Shown here: in pieces, positions 9,794 through 19,977 of the stretch
How the letters are laid out: each line of letters begins with the position of its first letter
Position numbering within the stretch: position 1 is the first letter of the stretch
Assembly (NCBI GenBank): GCA_043800535.1
Contig: JAZDMV010000008.1
Coordinates: 9,251 to 73,250 of the forward strand
Reading direction: 5' to 3'
DNA: 64,000 bases
Source: a bacterium
Lineage (GTDB): Bacteria > Patescibacteriota > Minisyncoccia > Portnoybacterales > GWB1-42-6
Translations under genes and position numbers: made by a program
Notes under the pieces: model-generated
What the model saw: the letters and a program-made list of their open reading frames with translations, nothing else
Told to the model about the DNA's origin: nothing
Databases searched by the model: none

Positions 9794-12564
9794 TAAAAAA
9801 CTTTAGCCGAGTTTTATTTTTTGTGCTCACTTTCAGCAGTTTTATTGTTGCTCCCCTGGCAGGCGGGCAGACAGAAAGTGCAGGACTTGTTTATGGCGAT
9901 TCTGATGTTCCGGTAATTCTGCCGCGTTCCGTCTGGGATAATTCGCCAGAGCTCAACGCGCTTTTGAACTGGTTGCCGCAGAACGAAACTTATCCGTCCG
10001 ACTGGCAGCCGATAGAACGGATTGTCGTTCATGATACCGCCACGCCCAATAATGATCCATTTCCGGCGATTGCCAGAATTCAAAGCATTTATCGTTTTCA
10101 TGCGGTCACTAATGGCTGGGGGGACATCGGCTATAATTATTTGATCGACCAGGATGGTAAGATTTATGAAGGCAGGTTTGGCGGCAACGGTTCGCGTGGC
10201 GCTCACGCTTTCAACAGTAAAATGAGCGAAAATTTTAATTATGGAAGCATCGGTATCGCGTTAATTGGCAGTTTTGCTTCAGAGCCGGTTAAGCCAATAA
10301 TGCAGCAGTCGCTGGAACGCCTTATTGGCTGGCTGGCGGCAGCAAACAATCTTGATCCGAGCCAAACGCAAAAAACATTTTCGATCTGGACTCCGTCAAC
10401 TAATAGTTTTAGCTTGTCTTATTCGGGGCCGGTTGTTGTTGGCCACAAAAATATTGACCCGGCAAAATCAGATCCGGGAACGCTGAATTTTGCCGTCGTT
10501 CGCCAGGCGGCTGCTCAATATAAACAGGAATATCTTGGCGTCGTCTATCAGGCACCTAACAGTTCTAAAATTTATCAGCTCGCCAACGGCACGAGCACTG
10601 TTTTTGAAACAGCTGCTGATCTTACAGCGCGGGGAAACACATATCAAAAAATAGCGGCCATAAACCAAAGCCAGCTTAACCTTTTTTCGGCAAGCAGATT
10701 TTTGAAAAATGTTGACGGCAGTTTGCTCAAATTCGCCGGTTCTTCCACAATTTATCTGATTGACGGCGGCAAAAAGCGAAATTTGTCAATCACGGCAAAA
10801 CAATTTAGCGCGCTGGGTTTCGGCTGGGCAAATGTCAAACAGGTGATGGAAAGCGAGCTTGCTTTATATCCAAACGGGTCTCCCATCGTTTATGGTCCTG
10901 ACAAAGAATTGTTGAAAGATGCCAGCGGCCGAGTTTATTATATTGAAAATGGTCGCAAGCGCTGGGTCACTTCCGGCGGGCTGTTTGGAGCACTTGGTTT
11001 GCAGTGGAAAAAAGTTAAAGATAAAACAGACGAATACATGTCTACGGTTTTGGAAGGCGCTAACATGAGCTATCCTTCAGGCACGCTCGCCAAAGCATCC
11101 GGGCCGACGATCTACCTGATAGAAGACGGCGTTAAGCGTGAATTTTTATCCGATAGATCATTTTCGGCGCTGGGTTATCAGAAGAGTAAAATTATCAGCG
11201 TCACAGACGATGAATTATCATTGTATCCCAGCGGCTCTTTTGTTCCGTATAAGAGTGGGACGCTGGCGAGGAGCCAGAATGAAAGCACGATTTGGCGATT
11301 AAGCGGGAACGAAAAGCAGTCATTTGTCTCTGCTGAAGAATTTTTAAATCTCGGATATCAGTGGAAAAATGTGATTTTTGTTTCCGGCGAAGAACTGGTG
11401 CGTTACGCGTCTGGCGGCGATGTAAAATATCCTGACGGCACATTGGTGCAGAAAAAGGGCGATTACAATGTATATCAGATAAAAAGCGGAATAGCCAGTT
11501 TGATTCCTGATGCGGCCACCTTTAAGAAATTGAAATTGTCCTGGGCCAAGGTTCTAAAAATAAGCGCCGATGATTTTGGCAAGCTTTTTGGTTCAATAGC
11601 ATTGGCGGTGCCCAGTGTTCTACCGCCGCAACCGGTGTCACCAGCAACTCCGACGCCAGCTGCCACGCAGCCTGCCTTTCCGGCAGGCGGGCCAAACATC
11701 CGCGTTGCCATTTGGAATGTGCCGTCAAGCCAAACAGAAGTTGTTTTTAGCGCAGGTGGTCCTTATGACGTTTTTGATAAAAACGGAAATTTAATTGCGA
11801 GCAAAGCCGCCGGCGAGCAGTATTCGGTAAACACGGCAAACCCGACCAATACCTTTGTCCGGCTTACTCCAAAATCAGGGACAATTCTTGAAGCGGTTTC
11901 TTATCAGGATATCGCTTCGTGGAAAACCGGTTTAAACTACAATAAATTCCGGGGCAATCTTGAATTGGTTTATTCGAATAAATCAGGCAAGCTCTGGATG
12001 GTCAACGAGTTGCCGCTTGAAGAGTACTTGAAAGGCGTGGCAGAAACAAATCAGGGGCTGGCAGTGGAGTATTTAAAAACAATGGCCGTGGCAGCGCGTA
12101 CTTACGCCTTGTTCTATTACAATCAGGGCGGCAAGTACGGCAGTGATCAAGTTTATCATATAACTAATACAACCTCTGACCAACTATACAAAGGATATGG
12201 CCGCGAGCCGTATGCTTCCGACATTGTGACAGCCGCGCAGGCAACCTTGGGCGAGATCGTGTCTTACAATAACGGGCCCGTTGTCACAGCTTATAGCTCC
12301 GGCGCCGCGGAGCTTATGTCCGCTGGTTCCAGGTCCGCCTGTTCTGTCTGGGGCGGCAAATACTGCCAGGCGGGATTTGAATATTTAAAGGGCGGGGTTA
12401 AAGACCCCGAAGGCACAACATACAGCTATGACGTTTGTGGAAGCGGCAATCATTGTGTCGGGTTGTCGGGCGCCGGAACTCGGCGATTCGCCGCCCTCGG
12501 CAAAACATACAAAGAAATTTTGACGTATTATTATTTGGGGACGGAGGTTAAGAAAATCTATTAG
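9778..12564 (+). CDS. Secreted peptidoglycan hydrolase: Amidase_2/PGRP domain, six ~60-aa repeats, SpoIID/LytB domain
   Basis: VVHDTA, GWGDIGYNYLI, GHK..DPG; repeats of YPxGTL..IY.I..G.KR; VNELPLEEYLKGVAE, AVAARTYA, EILTYYY. Confidence 0.85.
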   Translation: MISNGVKNFSRVLFFVLTFSSFIVAPLAGGQTESAGLVYGDSDVPVILPRSVWDNSPELNALLNWLPQNETYPSDWQPIERIVVHDTATPNNDPFPAIARIQSIYRFHAVTNGWGDIGYNYLIDQDGKIYEGRFGGNGSRGAHAFNSKMSENFNYGSIGIALIGSFASEPVKPIMQQSLERLIGWLAAANNLDPSQTQKTFSIWTPSTNSFSLSYSGPVVVGHKNIDPAKSDPGTLNFAVVRQAAAQYKQEYLGVVYQAPNSSKIYQLANGTSTVFETAADLTARGNTYQKIAAINQSQLNLFSASRFLKNVDGSLLKFAGSSTIYLIDGGKKRNLSITAKQFSALGFGWANVKQVMESELALYPNGSPIVYGPDKELLKDASGRVYYIENGRKRWVTSGGLFGALGLQWKKVKDKTDEYMSTVLEGANMSYPSGTLAKASGPTIYLIEDGVKREFLSDRSFSALGYQKSKIISVTDDELSLYPSGSFVPYKSGTLARSQNESTIWRLSGNEKQSFVSAEEFLNLGYQWKNVIFVSGEELVRYASGGDVKYPDGTLVQKKGDYNVYQIKSGIASLIPDAATFKKLKLSWAKVLKISADDFGKLFGSIALAVPSVLPPQPVSPATPTPAATQPAFPAGGPNIRVAIWNVPSSQTEVVFSAGGPYDVFDKNGNLIASKAAGEQYSVNTANPTNTFVRLTPKSGTILEAVSYQDIASWKTGLNYNKFRGNLELVYSNKSGKLWMVNELPLEEYLKGVAETNQGLAVEYLKTMAVAARTYALFYYNQGGKYGSDQVYHITNTTSDQLYKGYGREPYASDIVTAAQATLGEIVSYNNGPVVTAYSSGAAELMSAGSRSACSVWGGKYCQAGFEYLKGGVKDPEGTTYSYDVCGSGNHCVGLSGAGTRRFAALGKTYKEILTYYYLGTEVKKIY

Positions 12565-12577
12565 GCCCACTAATAGC

Positions 12578-13000
12578 ATGGCTTATTATAACAAAATTGG
12601 GTTATTAATAATGAACCAAGACAATACCGCTTTTTTAGTTTGTGAGCCAGGAGAAAAATATACAGTGAAAAGCGTAACACAATATTTAATGCCTGGGGGC
12701 AAGCTGATGGAAGATTCTGATATAGAATGTTTGAAAGCTGAGATAAAAGAAGAATTGGATTGTGATGTTGATGAAAATTCCCTTGAACTTATCAGTGAAT
12801 ATATTGATGTCGCGGCGACTCCTGGCAGAGACGTGATGATTCGTCTTTATAAAGGCAAACTACTGGGAGAACCCAAGCCGAGTACCGAAATTGGCGCACT
12901 TCATTGGATCGGAAAAAAAGACGCCGATAATTCAAAAGTGTCTTCTATTATTAGGAATAAAATAATCCCGGACATAATTGAGAAGAACATACTTAAGTAA
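12578..13000 (+). CDS. NUDIX hydrolase
   Basis: PGGK....DIECLKAEIKEEL Nudix box. Confidence 0.8.
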   Translation: MAYYNKIGLLIMNQDNTAFLVCEPGEKYTVKSVTQYLMPGGKLMEDSDIECLKAEIKEELDCDVDENSLELISEYIDVAATPGRDVMIRLYKGKLLGEPKPSTEIGALHWIGKKDADNSKVSSIIRNKIIPDIIEKNILK

Positions 13001-13025
13001 TTTTTATAAGTACGTATTATAATTT

Positions 13026-13949
13026 ATGCCAAAAGTTTTTATCATTGTGCTTAACTGGAACGGTTTGAAAGATACGGAAGAGTGCATTGAATCGCTGAAG
13101 AAAATCGACTACCCTGACTATAAAATTGTGGTTGTTGATAACGGCTCAACCGATGGTTCGGACGAAATTATTCCAAAAAAGCATTTTCAGGACGTCGCTT
13201 TCATTGAAACAAAAAGCAACCTTGGCTTTGCCGGCGGCAATAACATCGGAATAAAACATGCGCTTGATAACGGCGCCGATTATATCCTTCTTTTAAATAA
13301 TGATACAACGGTTGAGCCGGATTTTTTGTCAAAATTAGTTAAAGCAGCGGAAGGTGATAAAAAAATTGGGATTGTCGGGCCGATGATATTTTTTTATGAC
13401 GAGCCGGATAGGGTCTGGTTCGGCGGCGGAAAGATCAACTGGTCAAAAATCCGCGGCTCGCACCTTGATTACAATACAGTGAAAAAAAGAGACCATGCCT
13501 TGAGCGATGAAGAGATGGAAAAAGAAAAGAACAAGGTTGTGGATTACATAACTGGCTGTTGCTTGCTTATAAAGAGAGAAGTGGTTGAAAAGATCGGATA
13601 TCTGAATGACGACTACTTTTTATATTATGAGGATGCGGATTGGTGCATGCGTGCTAAAAAAGCCGGCTGGCAGTCGGTCGTGGTGCCCGCCTCATATATC
13701 TATCACAAACAGTCAAAAAGTACGGTTGAATTTTCTTATCCTTATATTTATTATCATTCCCGCAACGGACTTTTATTTGCTTCGCGTTTTGGCTCAAAGC
13801 CGCTGGCTTATTTAATAAGTTTTTGGATTTTTGGAAAACAAATTATTAAGCTCGTCTTTAGTTACCATAAGGCCTGGGCAAAGGCGGCTTTGAGAGGAGT
13901 GCTGGATTTTTGGATGGGGAACAAGGGAAAGCTGGGAGGATACTATTAG
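13026..13949 (+). CDS. Glycosyltransferase family 2
   Basis: VLNWN, VDNGSTD, LLNND, YYEDAD. Confidence 0.92.
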   Translation: MPKVFIIVLNWNGLKDTEECIESLKKIDYPDYKIVVVDNGSTDGSDEIIPKKHFQDVAFIETKSNLGFAGGNNIGIKHALDNGADYILLLNNDTTVEPDFLSKLVKAAEGDKKIGIVGPMIFFYDEPDRVWFGGGKINWSKIRGSHLDYNTVKKRDHALSDEEMEKEKNKVVDYITGCCLLIKREVVEKIGYLNDDYFLYYEDADWCMRAKKAGWQSVVVPASYIYHKQSKSTVEFSYPYIYYHSRNGLLFASRFGSKPLAYLISFWIFGKQIIKLVFSYHKAWAKAALRGVLDFWMGNKGKLGGYY

Positions 13950-14070
13950 ATAAATTTAAAGTTAAAAGTGCAAAATTTTTGTATCCCACGGGGGGATGAT
14001 TATATAATTGTGTGTTTTTTGTAGCAAGAAAAAACGTGCACCTAAATTTTTCATTTTTCATTTTTAACTT

Positions 14071-15228
14071 ATGTTGATCGGCATTGATGCACACTGGCTG
14101 GAGGGGAATCGCACCGGCGTTGGCCGGTACCTTTTTAATTTACTCAAAGCTTGGTCCCGTTCCGAATCTGACATACTCTCCCGTGCTCCCGAGCACGGGA
14201 GAGTATGTCAGGTAAAGTTTGTATTGTATTTTAAGGACGAGATACCGAAAGATTTGCCGCAGTCGTCTTTGTTTAAGGTAATGCTTCTAAATGTGAAAAG
14301 CACGGCTAAATTCATCCATTGGGACTTGTGCCGGGCGGCTTGCAAGGATAAGGTGGATGTCCTGTTTTGTCCCGCATATATTGCGCCGCTATTTTATAGC
14401 GGTAAAATCGCGTTAACGCTCCATGACATAATCTATGAAACGCATCCGGAATGGTTTGAATGGAAAAGCTGGGCAGATAAGATTTTGCTCAAATGGGTTT
14501 CAAAGATCTCGGCGCGCAAGGCGGCTTTAATTTTTACCATTTCTGATTTTTCGCGGCAGGAAATTATCGAATATTTTAGGATCAAAGCAGAAAAAATAAA
14601 GGCAATCCCTTTGGCAGGAGACATCGGGGAGGTAGCGGAAGGGGGAAGCGATGAGATACTGAAAAATCAATTCGGCATCAAAGACCGGTTCGGATTTTAT
14701 GTCGGCTCGATTTTTAACCGGCGGCATTTGTCCGAAATAATTGACGCGTTTTCCAGAATTGCGCAGGAAAGATCAGATTTTCAGCTGTTGCTGGCTGGTA
14801 AAGACCATACAAAGCCCGCACAGGACATAAGAGGCAAGGCCGAAAAGGTAAATAAAAAATTGGAGCGGCATGCGATTTTAAGGGTTGATTTTGTGAACGA
14901 TCATGAGTTAAAATTATTGTATAACGCATGTGCGTTTTTTATTTACCTTTCCGATTACGAAGGGTTTGGATTGCCACCCTTGGAAGCGATGGCCTTGGGC
15001 GCGCCAACCATAACCAGCGATGCAACTTCGCTAAAAGAAGTGGCTGGTTCGGCCGCGCTGTTGGTGAAAGAAAATTCAGATACAGAAGAAATTTATCAGG
15101 CGATGAAGAAGATTATAGACGAGGAAGCATTGCGGTCGCGGCTGATAGAAAAAGGCAAGGAGCAAGCGGCGAAATTTTCCTGGAAAAAATGTGCGGAGGA
15201 GACATTATCAGAATTATTAAACGCGTGA
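14071..15228 (+). CDS. Glycosyltransferase family 4
   Basis: TGVGRY, TLHD, EGFGLPPLEAM, FSW. Confidence 0.92.
   Translation: MLIGIDAHWLEGNRTGVGRYLFNLLKAWSRSESDILSRAPEHGRVCQVKFVLYFKDEIPKDLPQSSLFKVMLLNVKSTAKFIHWDLCRAACKDKVDVLFCPAYIAPLFYSGKIALTLHDIIYETHPEWFEWKSWADKILLKWVSKISARKAALIFTISDFSRQEIIEYFRIKAEKIKAIPLAGDIGEVAEGGSDEILKNQFGIKDRFGFYVGSIFNRRHLSEIIDAFSRIAQERSDFQLLLAGKDHTKPAQDIRGKAEKVNKKLERHAILRVDFVNDHELKLLYNACAFFIYLSDYEGFGLPPLEAMALGAPTITSDATSLKEVAGSAALLVKENSDTEEIYQAMKKIIDEEALRSRLIEKGKEQAAKFSWKKCAEETLSELLNA
14168..14211. repeat. Palindromic element CATAC(T/A)CTCCCG(T/C)GCTCCCGAGC(A/G)CGGGAG(A/T)GTATG, in frame in the GT4 gene
   Basis: Copies at 24614-24651, 48045-48086, 54963-55004. Confidence 0.9.
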
Positions 15229-15331
15229 TAAGCTGGATATCCTAGTTTTCTCATTTCTTTATTTCCTAATTTCTAGGTGATGGAAATCAGGAAACTGAGA
15301 AATTAGGAAATTATCAGGGTAAATTAAAATT

Positions 15332-16900
15332 TTGAAAAAATACTTTGTTCCGTTAAATATAATTTTTGCTGTTGAGGTGATAATAGTGATATTGGCTTCA
15401 CTCGGAATTATTCCCCGCGAGGCGGTTTTAGCGCTGACGGGCTTGATGATTTTTTACATGATCTTTTCGCCGGTGGAAGATTCTCTTTATCTTGTTGTTG
15501 CATCAATCCCGCTTTTTGTCGCTTTGCCGATAAGCGGTAATTTTGATTCAATGGCTAATTGGCGGATCTTGATTACCGTCTTGTTTTTATGCCTGTTTTT
15601 TAAGCGTGGGATTTTAAGTGTGCTGTTGAAAGACGAGAAAGGTCGTTGGCAGTTGAAAGAAAAGTATGGCTGCTATTTAGCTGAATACCTGATTTTGCCG
15701 TTTTTGGGCATAGCGGCATTGTCTATTTTTGTGGCTGACTACAAAATTTTAGGGGTGAAGAAATTGTTATTTCTAATTAATATTTTTCTGTTGTTTCTTA
15801 TTATACGAAACTTAGCGGGAAGAAAAGAGGTTTTTTTAAATATTCTGAAAGCGGCCGCCACGGGTGCTTCTGTTGTCGTTTTGGGAGGCGCGGTGCAGTT
15901 TATTGCTATTTTATTTTTGCCTTTGTACAATTTCTGGCAATTTTGGGCAAATAGCGTGATTGGCGTTTTTTATGGGCAAGGCCTTGCCAAACTTTTGTCT
16001 ATCAGTAATACCTGGTTTGCCTATTATGTGAACAGGCCACCGACATTAAGGATTTTTTCTTTGTTTCCCGATTCTCATTCTTCAGCGATGTTTTTAATTC
16101 TGGCGACGCCGGTATTTTTGGCTTTGGCCGTGTTTTTTGAAAAAGAGCGGGGCAAAAAAATATTTTTTTGGGTAATGGTTGGGTTGTCGCTGTTTTTTGT
16201 CATTATGTCCGGCTCGCGGGGCGCCTGGCTTAGTTTTATCCCGGTTTTTATAGTTGCTTTATATATTTTTATCAAAAAGACGGATCGGCAGTTAAACAGA
16301 AAGATCATTGTAACGGCGGCGATTTTTGGGATTCTTTTTTTTGCATCGTCTTTTTATCCATTCGTTTTTTATAAAGTGCAATCGTGGTTGGGCTACGGCA
16401 GTTCCTATGATGTCTCGTTTTTTGAGCGGGCAAAATCAATTTCTGACCTGGACGAAATTTCCAATAAAAGCCGGCTACAGATATGGCGGGCGAGTATAAG
16501 CTCTTTAGCGCAGCATCCGATGCTTGGTGTTGGCCTGGGCAATTATATAACAGTGCTGAATGAAGACGTTTCGGCAGTAAAAAAAGGCGCCTCGGCTCAT
16601 AATTTGTATCTTGATTTTGCGGCGGAAATAGGGATCTTAGGCGTTTTGATTCTTTTGGCGATTTTTGTTGAAATCCTGCGCACTTGCTGGCTGGTTTTTG
16701 GGCAGGCGGAGGAGCCATATTTTAAAATTTTTGGTCTGGCGTTCGGTCTTTACTTTTTGTGGGCGCTGGTTTATAGTTTATTTGATGTGGTGCTTTTAAA
16801 CGACAAAGTGTTTCTGTTTTTCATGGTTGCAACCGGCGCGCTTTATTCCATAAGAGCACTGACGGAAGATAAGCGAAAGAAAGCAGCAATAATTCAGTAG
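15332..16900 (+). CDS. O-antigen ligase / Wzy_C family membrane protein
   Basis: SGSRGAW, SRLQIW, GVGLGN, AHNLYL; many TM helices; TTG start. Confidence 0.88.
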   Translation: MKKYFVPLNIIFAVEVIIVILASLGIIPREAVLALTGLMIFYMIFSPVEDSLYLVVASIPLFVALPISGNFDSMANWRILITVLFLCLFFKRGILSVLLKDEKGRWQLKEKYGCYLAEYLILPFLGIAALSIFVADYKILGVKKLLFLINIFLLFLIIRNLAGRKEVFLNILKAAATGASVVVLGGAVQFIAILFLPLYNFWQFWANSVIGVFYGQGLAKLLSISNTWFAYYVNRPPTLRIFSLFPDSHSSAMFLILATPVFLALAVFFEKERGKKIFFWVMVGLSLFFVIMSGSRGAWLSFIPVFIVALYIFIKKTDRQLNRKIIVTAAIFGILFFASSFYPFVFYKVQSWLGYGSSYDVSFFERAKSISDLDEISNKSRLQIWRASISSLAQHPMLGVGLGNYITVLNEDVSAVKKGASAHNLYLDFAAEIGILGVLILLAIFVEILRTCWLVFGQAEEPYFKIFGLAFGLYFLWALVYSLFDVVLLNDKVFLFFMVATGALYSIRALTEDKRKKAAIIQ

Positions 16901-16912
16901 CAAAAAATTTTC

Positions 16913-17965
16913 ATGCTATCGGTTTCTGTCAATTTGGTTACATACAATGGCCGGCGATTTATTGAAAATTGTTTAAAGTCTGTTTTGCGGCAGACATACC
17001 CGAAAGTTGAGATTTTGATAATTGATAACGCGTCTCAAGATAATACAGTGTTGATGGCGCAGGAAATTATCGGCAAAGAAAATCCTAAATTTCCAGTGCG
17101 TATAATTAAAAATGAAAAAAATCTCGGTTTCTCAGCTGGCCATAATTTGGGGATAAAGGAAAGCAGGGGAGAATTGGTTGTCTGTTTGAATCAGGACGTG
17201 GTGCTGGTACCGGATTTTATTGAAAAAGCTGTTGAGTTTTTTGAAAAAAATGGCCAAACTGAAATTGCAGCGCTTCAGCCAAAGCTTTTACGGCTTGATA
17301 AGGAGTTGCAGCCGTCCAGCATTATTGATACGACAGGTTTGGTAATGTTAAAAAACCGGCGGATTATTAGTCGCGGTCAGGGGCAGAAAGACGAAGGGCA
17401 GTATGGTAATATAGAAGAAGTATTTGGCGCGGATGGAGCCGCGCCGGTCTATAAAAGAGACGCGTTGGAAGACGTGAAAATAAATGTCAAATGTCAAATG
17501 TCAAATGTCAAAACCGCGGATGGCGAATACTTTGATGAGGACTTCTTTGCTTATAAAGAAGACGTTGATTTATCGTGGCGTTTACGTCTAGCCGGTTGGA
17601 AAATTTTTTATGTTCCCAAAGTCATAGCCTGGCATGGTCGTAGCGCCGGAGACAGTACAGCCACTAATTATTTTGCCATTATCAGAGAAAGATTAAAAAT
17701 TAGTAAATTTGCCAAATACGTAGCTTTTAAAAACCAAAGATTGATGCAGATAAAAAATGAGCAGCTATTTCTTTTATTAAAACACTTACCGCGATTTTTG
17801 GTTAAAGAAATCAGTTCTTGGACATATGTAATTTTATTTGAGCGATTTACGTGGTCGGCAATTAGAGACCTATTTAGGCAGGCACCGCGCGCTTTTCAAA
17901 AACGTAAAATAATTATGGAGAGCAGAAGAGCCAGCGTAAACGAAATGGGAAAGTGGTTTATTTAA
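16913..17965 (+). CDS. Glycosyltransferase family 2
   Basis: IDNASQD, CLNQD, YKEDVD. Confidence 0.9.
   Translation: MLSVSVNLVTYNGRRFIENCLKSVLRQTYPKVEILIIDNASQDNTVLMAQEIIGKENPKFPVRIIKNEKNLGFSAGHNLGIKESRGELVVCLNQDVVLVPDFIEKAVEFFEKNGQTEIAALQPKLLRLDKELQPSSIIDTTGLVMLKNRRIISRGQGQKDEGQYGNIEEVFGADGAAPVYKRDALEDVKINVKCQMSNVKTADGEYFDEDFFAYKEDVDLSWRLRLAGWKIFYVPKVIAWHGRSAGDSTATNYFAIIRERLKISKFAKYVAFKNQRLMQIKNEQLFLLLKHLPRFLVKEISSWTYVILFERFTWSAIRDLFRQAPRAFQKRKIIMESRRASVNEMGKWFI
17482..17509 (+). repeat. (AAATGTC)4 tandem heptamer inside the GT2 gene
   Basis: Four perfect copies, encoding NVKCQMSNVK. Confidence 0.9.
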
Positions 17966-17990
17966 AAAATTTCAGTTAGCGCAAAAAATA

Positions 17991-19040
17991 ATGGTAATAC
18001 AAAATGATCTTTCGGAATTAAATAAACCGGATGCGGAGCAAAAGCCTTACAGAAAGAGACGGTTTTGGCTGTGGACTTTAATTATTATTGCAGTTCTGGC
18101 AGGATTGTCCGGCGTAATGTTTTATAAGGCAGGATTCACTTTCTCGCAGATGAATGTCAATGCGGGCGGAAGCATCCTGCCAGTTTTGGAAGACGCGCCT
18201 AAAGCTGAGAAAGACGAGGACAGAATAAATATTCTCATGCTTGGTCTGCGCGGACCGGAAGACCCGAATGGTGGGTTGCTGACGGATACTATAATAGTTT
18301 TGAGCGTCAAAAAATCTACCGGTCAGGTGGCGATGATATCAGTTCCGCGCGACCTTTATGTTAAAATGCCGACGGTCAATGGTCAGAATAAGTCGCCAGC
18401 CATTAAAGAGAAAATCAATTTTGCCTATGCATTGGGCGAAGAAACAAAGCAGGGGGCGGGCCTGGCATTCAGTAAGGCGGTAATATCAAACGTGACAGGC
18501 CTATATATTGACCACGTTGCTTCTGTTGATTTTATGGCTTTTAAAGATGTTGTTGATATTCTGGGAGGAATTGATGTTTATCTTGATAAGCCATTCCGCG
18601 AAACTGCTCAGTTTGCCAAAGAAATTCTGCTTGAGCTACCTGAAGGCAAAAATCATCTAGACGGCGACACAGCATTGTATTTTGTGCGCTCACGTTATTC
18701 AACGAGCGATTTTGACAGGGCGCGCCGCCAGCAGCAGGCTCTTGTGGCAATGAAAGACAAAGCGCTTTCGGCCGGGATTTTGCTTAATCCCTTAAAAGTT
18801 TTTGAGTTGTTGAGCGCTATGGGCAAGCATGTACGCACCGATATGGGAGTGGGAGATATAAATAATTTGTTAAGCTTGGCGGGCAATTTTAATTCCAAAA
18901 ATATTACGCATAAGATTTTTGATACAACCGAGGAGGGCTTGCTTTACGCCACAACGAGCGATAGCGGCGCCTACATTCTGCTGCCGGTCGGGGACAATTT
19001 TGAGAAGATGCGAGAGGCGAGCAAGAATATATTTCAGTAA
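17991..19040 (+). CDS. LCP (LytR-CpsA-Psr) family protein
   Basis: LTDTI, SVPRDLYV, KINFAY, FVRSR, DFDRARRQQ. Confidence 0.93.
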   Translation: MVIQNDLSELNKPDAEQKPYRKRRFWLWTLIIIAVLAGLSGVMFYKAGFTFSQMNVNAGGSILPVLEDAPKAEKDEDRINILMLGLRGPEDPNGGLLTDTIIVLSVKKSTGQVAMISVPRDLYVKMPTVNGQNKSPAIKEKINFAYALGEETKQGAGLAFSKAVISNVTGLYIDHVASVDFMAFKDVVDILGGIDVYLDKPFRETAQFAKEILLELPEGKNHLDGDTALYFVRSRYSTSDFDRARRQQQALVAMKDKALSAGILLNPLKVFELLSAMGKHVRTDMGVGDINNLLSLAGNFNSKNITHKIFDTTEEGLLYATTSDSGAYILLPVGDNFEKMREASKNIFQ

Positions 19041-19108
19041 ATTTTCAATTATCAATTTACAATTCTCAATAAATGTCCCACAAAGCGGGACAAGTTTGAA
19101 AATTAGTT

Positions 19109-19924
19109 ATGGATTTATCCGTCATCGTCACTAATTACAAAACACCCGAACTGCTTAAGCTGTGCTTAAAGTCGCTCAAGCAGTTTTTGCCAAATATTAA
19201 GCATGAGGTTTTTGTTATGGATTCGCAATCGGACGAAGATACAGAATTCGTGGTGAAAGAAAATTTTCCCGAATTCCATCTTGTCGCTTTTGAAAAAAAT
19301 ATGGGTTTCCGTGCCCTGGTCAACAACGGCCTGTTTCTGGCAAAAGGCAGATATATTCTCGTTCTCAATTCAGATATTATCTTAACCAAGGGCTCGGTTG
19401 AAACAATGATGCAATATCTTGAAGAAAACGAGGGAGCGGGAATGGTCGGGCCGCAGCTTCTGAGCCTTGACGGCAGCATTCAGGATTCCTGCTTAAGATT
19501 TTTTGGGCCGTTAACGATTTTGGCCAGAAGGACGATTTTTGGCAGAACGAGAACCGGAAAAAAACTGCTGGATAATTTTGTGATGCGCGACTATGATCAT
19601 CAAGCCCCGCGTCAGGCGGACTGGATGCTTGGTTCGGCTTTGCTTGTGTCAAGAACCGCAGTTGAACGAGTGGGCCTGATGGATGACAGATTTTTTATGT
19701 ATTTTGAGGACGTTGACTGGTGCCGCCGTTTCTGGCAGGCCGGCTATAAAGTCGTCTATCTGCCAGGCGCTAAAATGTTTCATTATCATCTGCGGGTCAG
19801 CAAAAAAGTGGGTGGAGTTTTTGATTTATTTATTAACAAATACACCTGGATTCATATTGTAAGCGCGGTGAAGTATTACACAAAATACAAGCATAATTGG
19901 GTCCCAAATTTTTCTAATTTATAA
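19109..19924 (+). CDS. Glycosyltransferase family 2
   Basis: LNSD, FMYFEDVDWC. Confidence 0.9.
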   Translation: MDLSVIVTNYKTPELLKLCLKSLKQFLPNIKHEVFVMDSQSDEDTEFVVKENFPEFHLVAFEKNMGFRALVNNGLFLAKGRYILVLNSDIILTKGSVETMMQYLEENEGAGMVGPQLLSLDGSIQDSCLRFFGPLTILARRTIFGRTRTGKKLLDNFVMRDYDHQAPRQADWMLGSALLVSRTAVERVGLMDDRFFMYFEDVDWCRRFWQAGYKVVYLPGAKMFHYHLRVSKKVGGVFDLFINKYTWIHIVSAVKYYTKYKHNWVPNFSNL

Positions 19925-19977
19925 TTTTCGAATTTCCTGCCGGAATTAAGAAATTAAGACATTGGTGGATTAATAAA

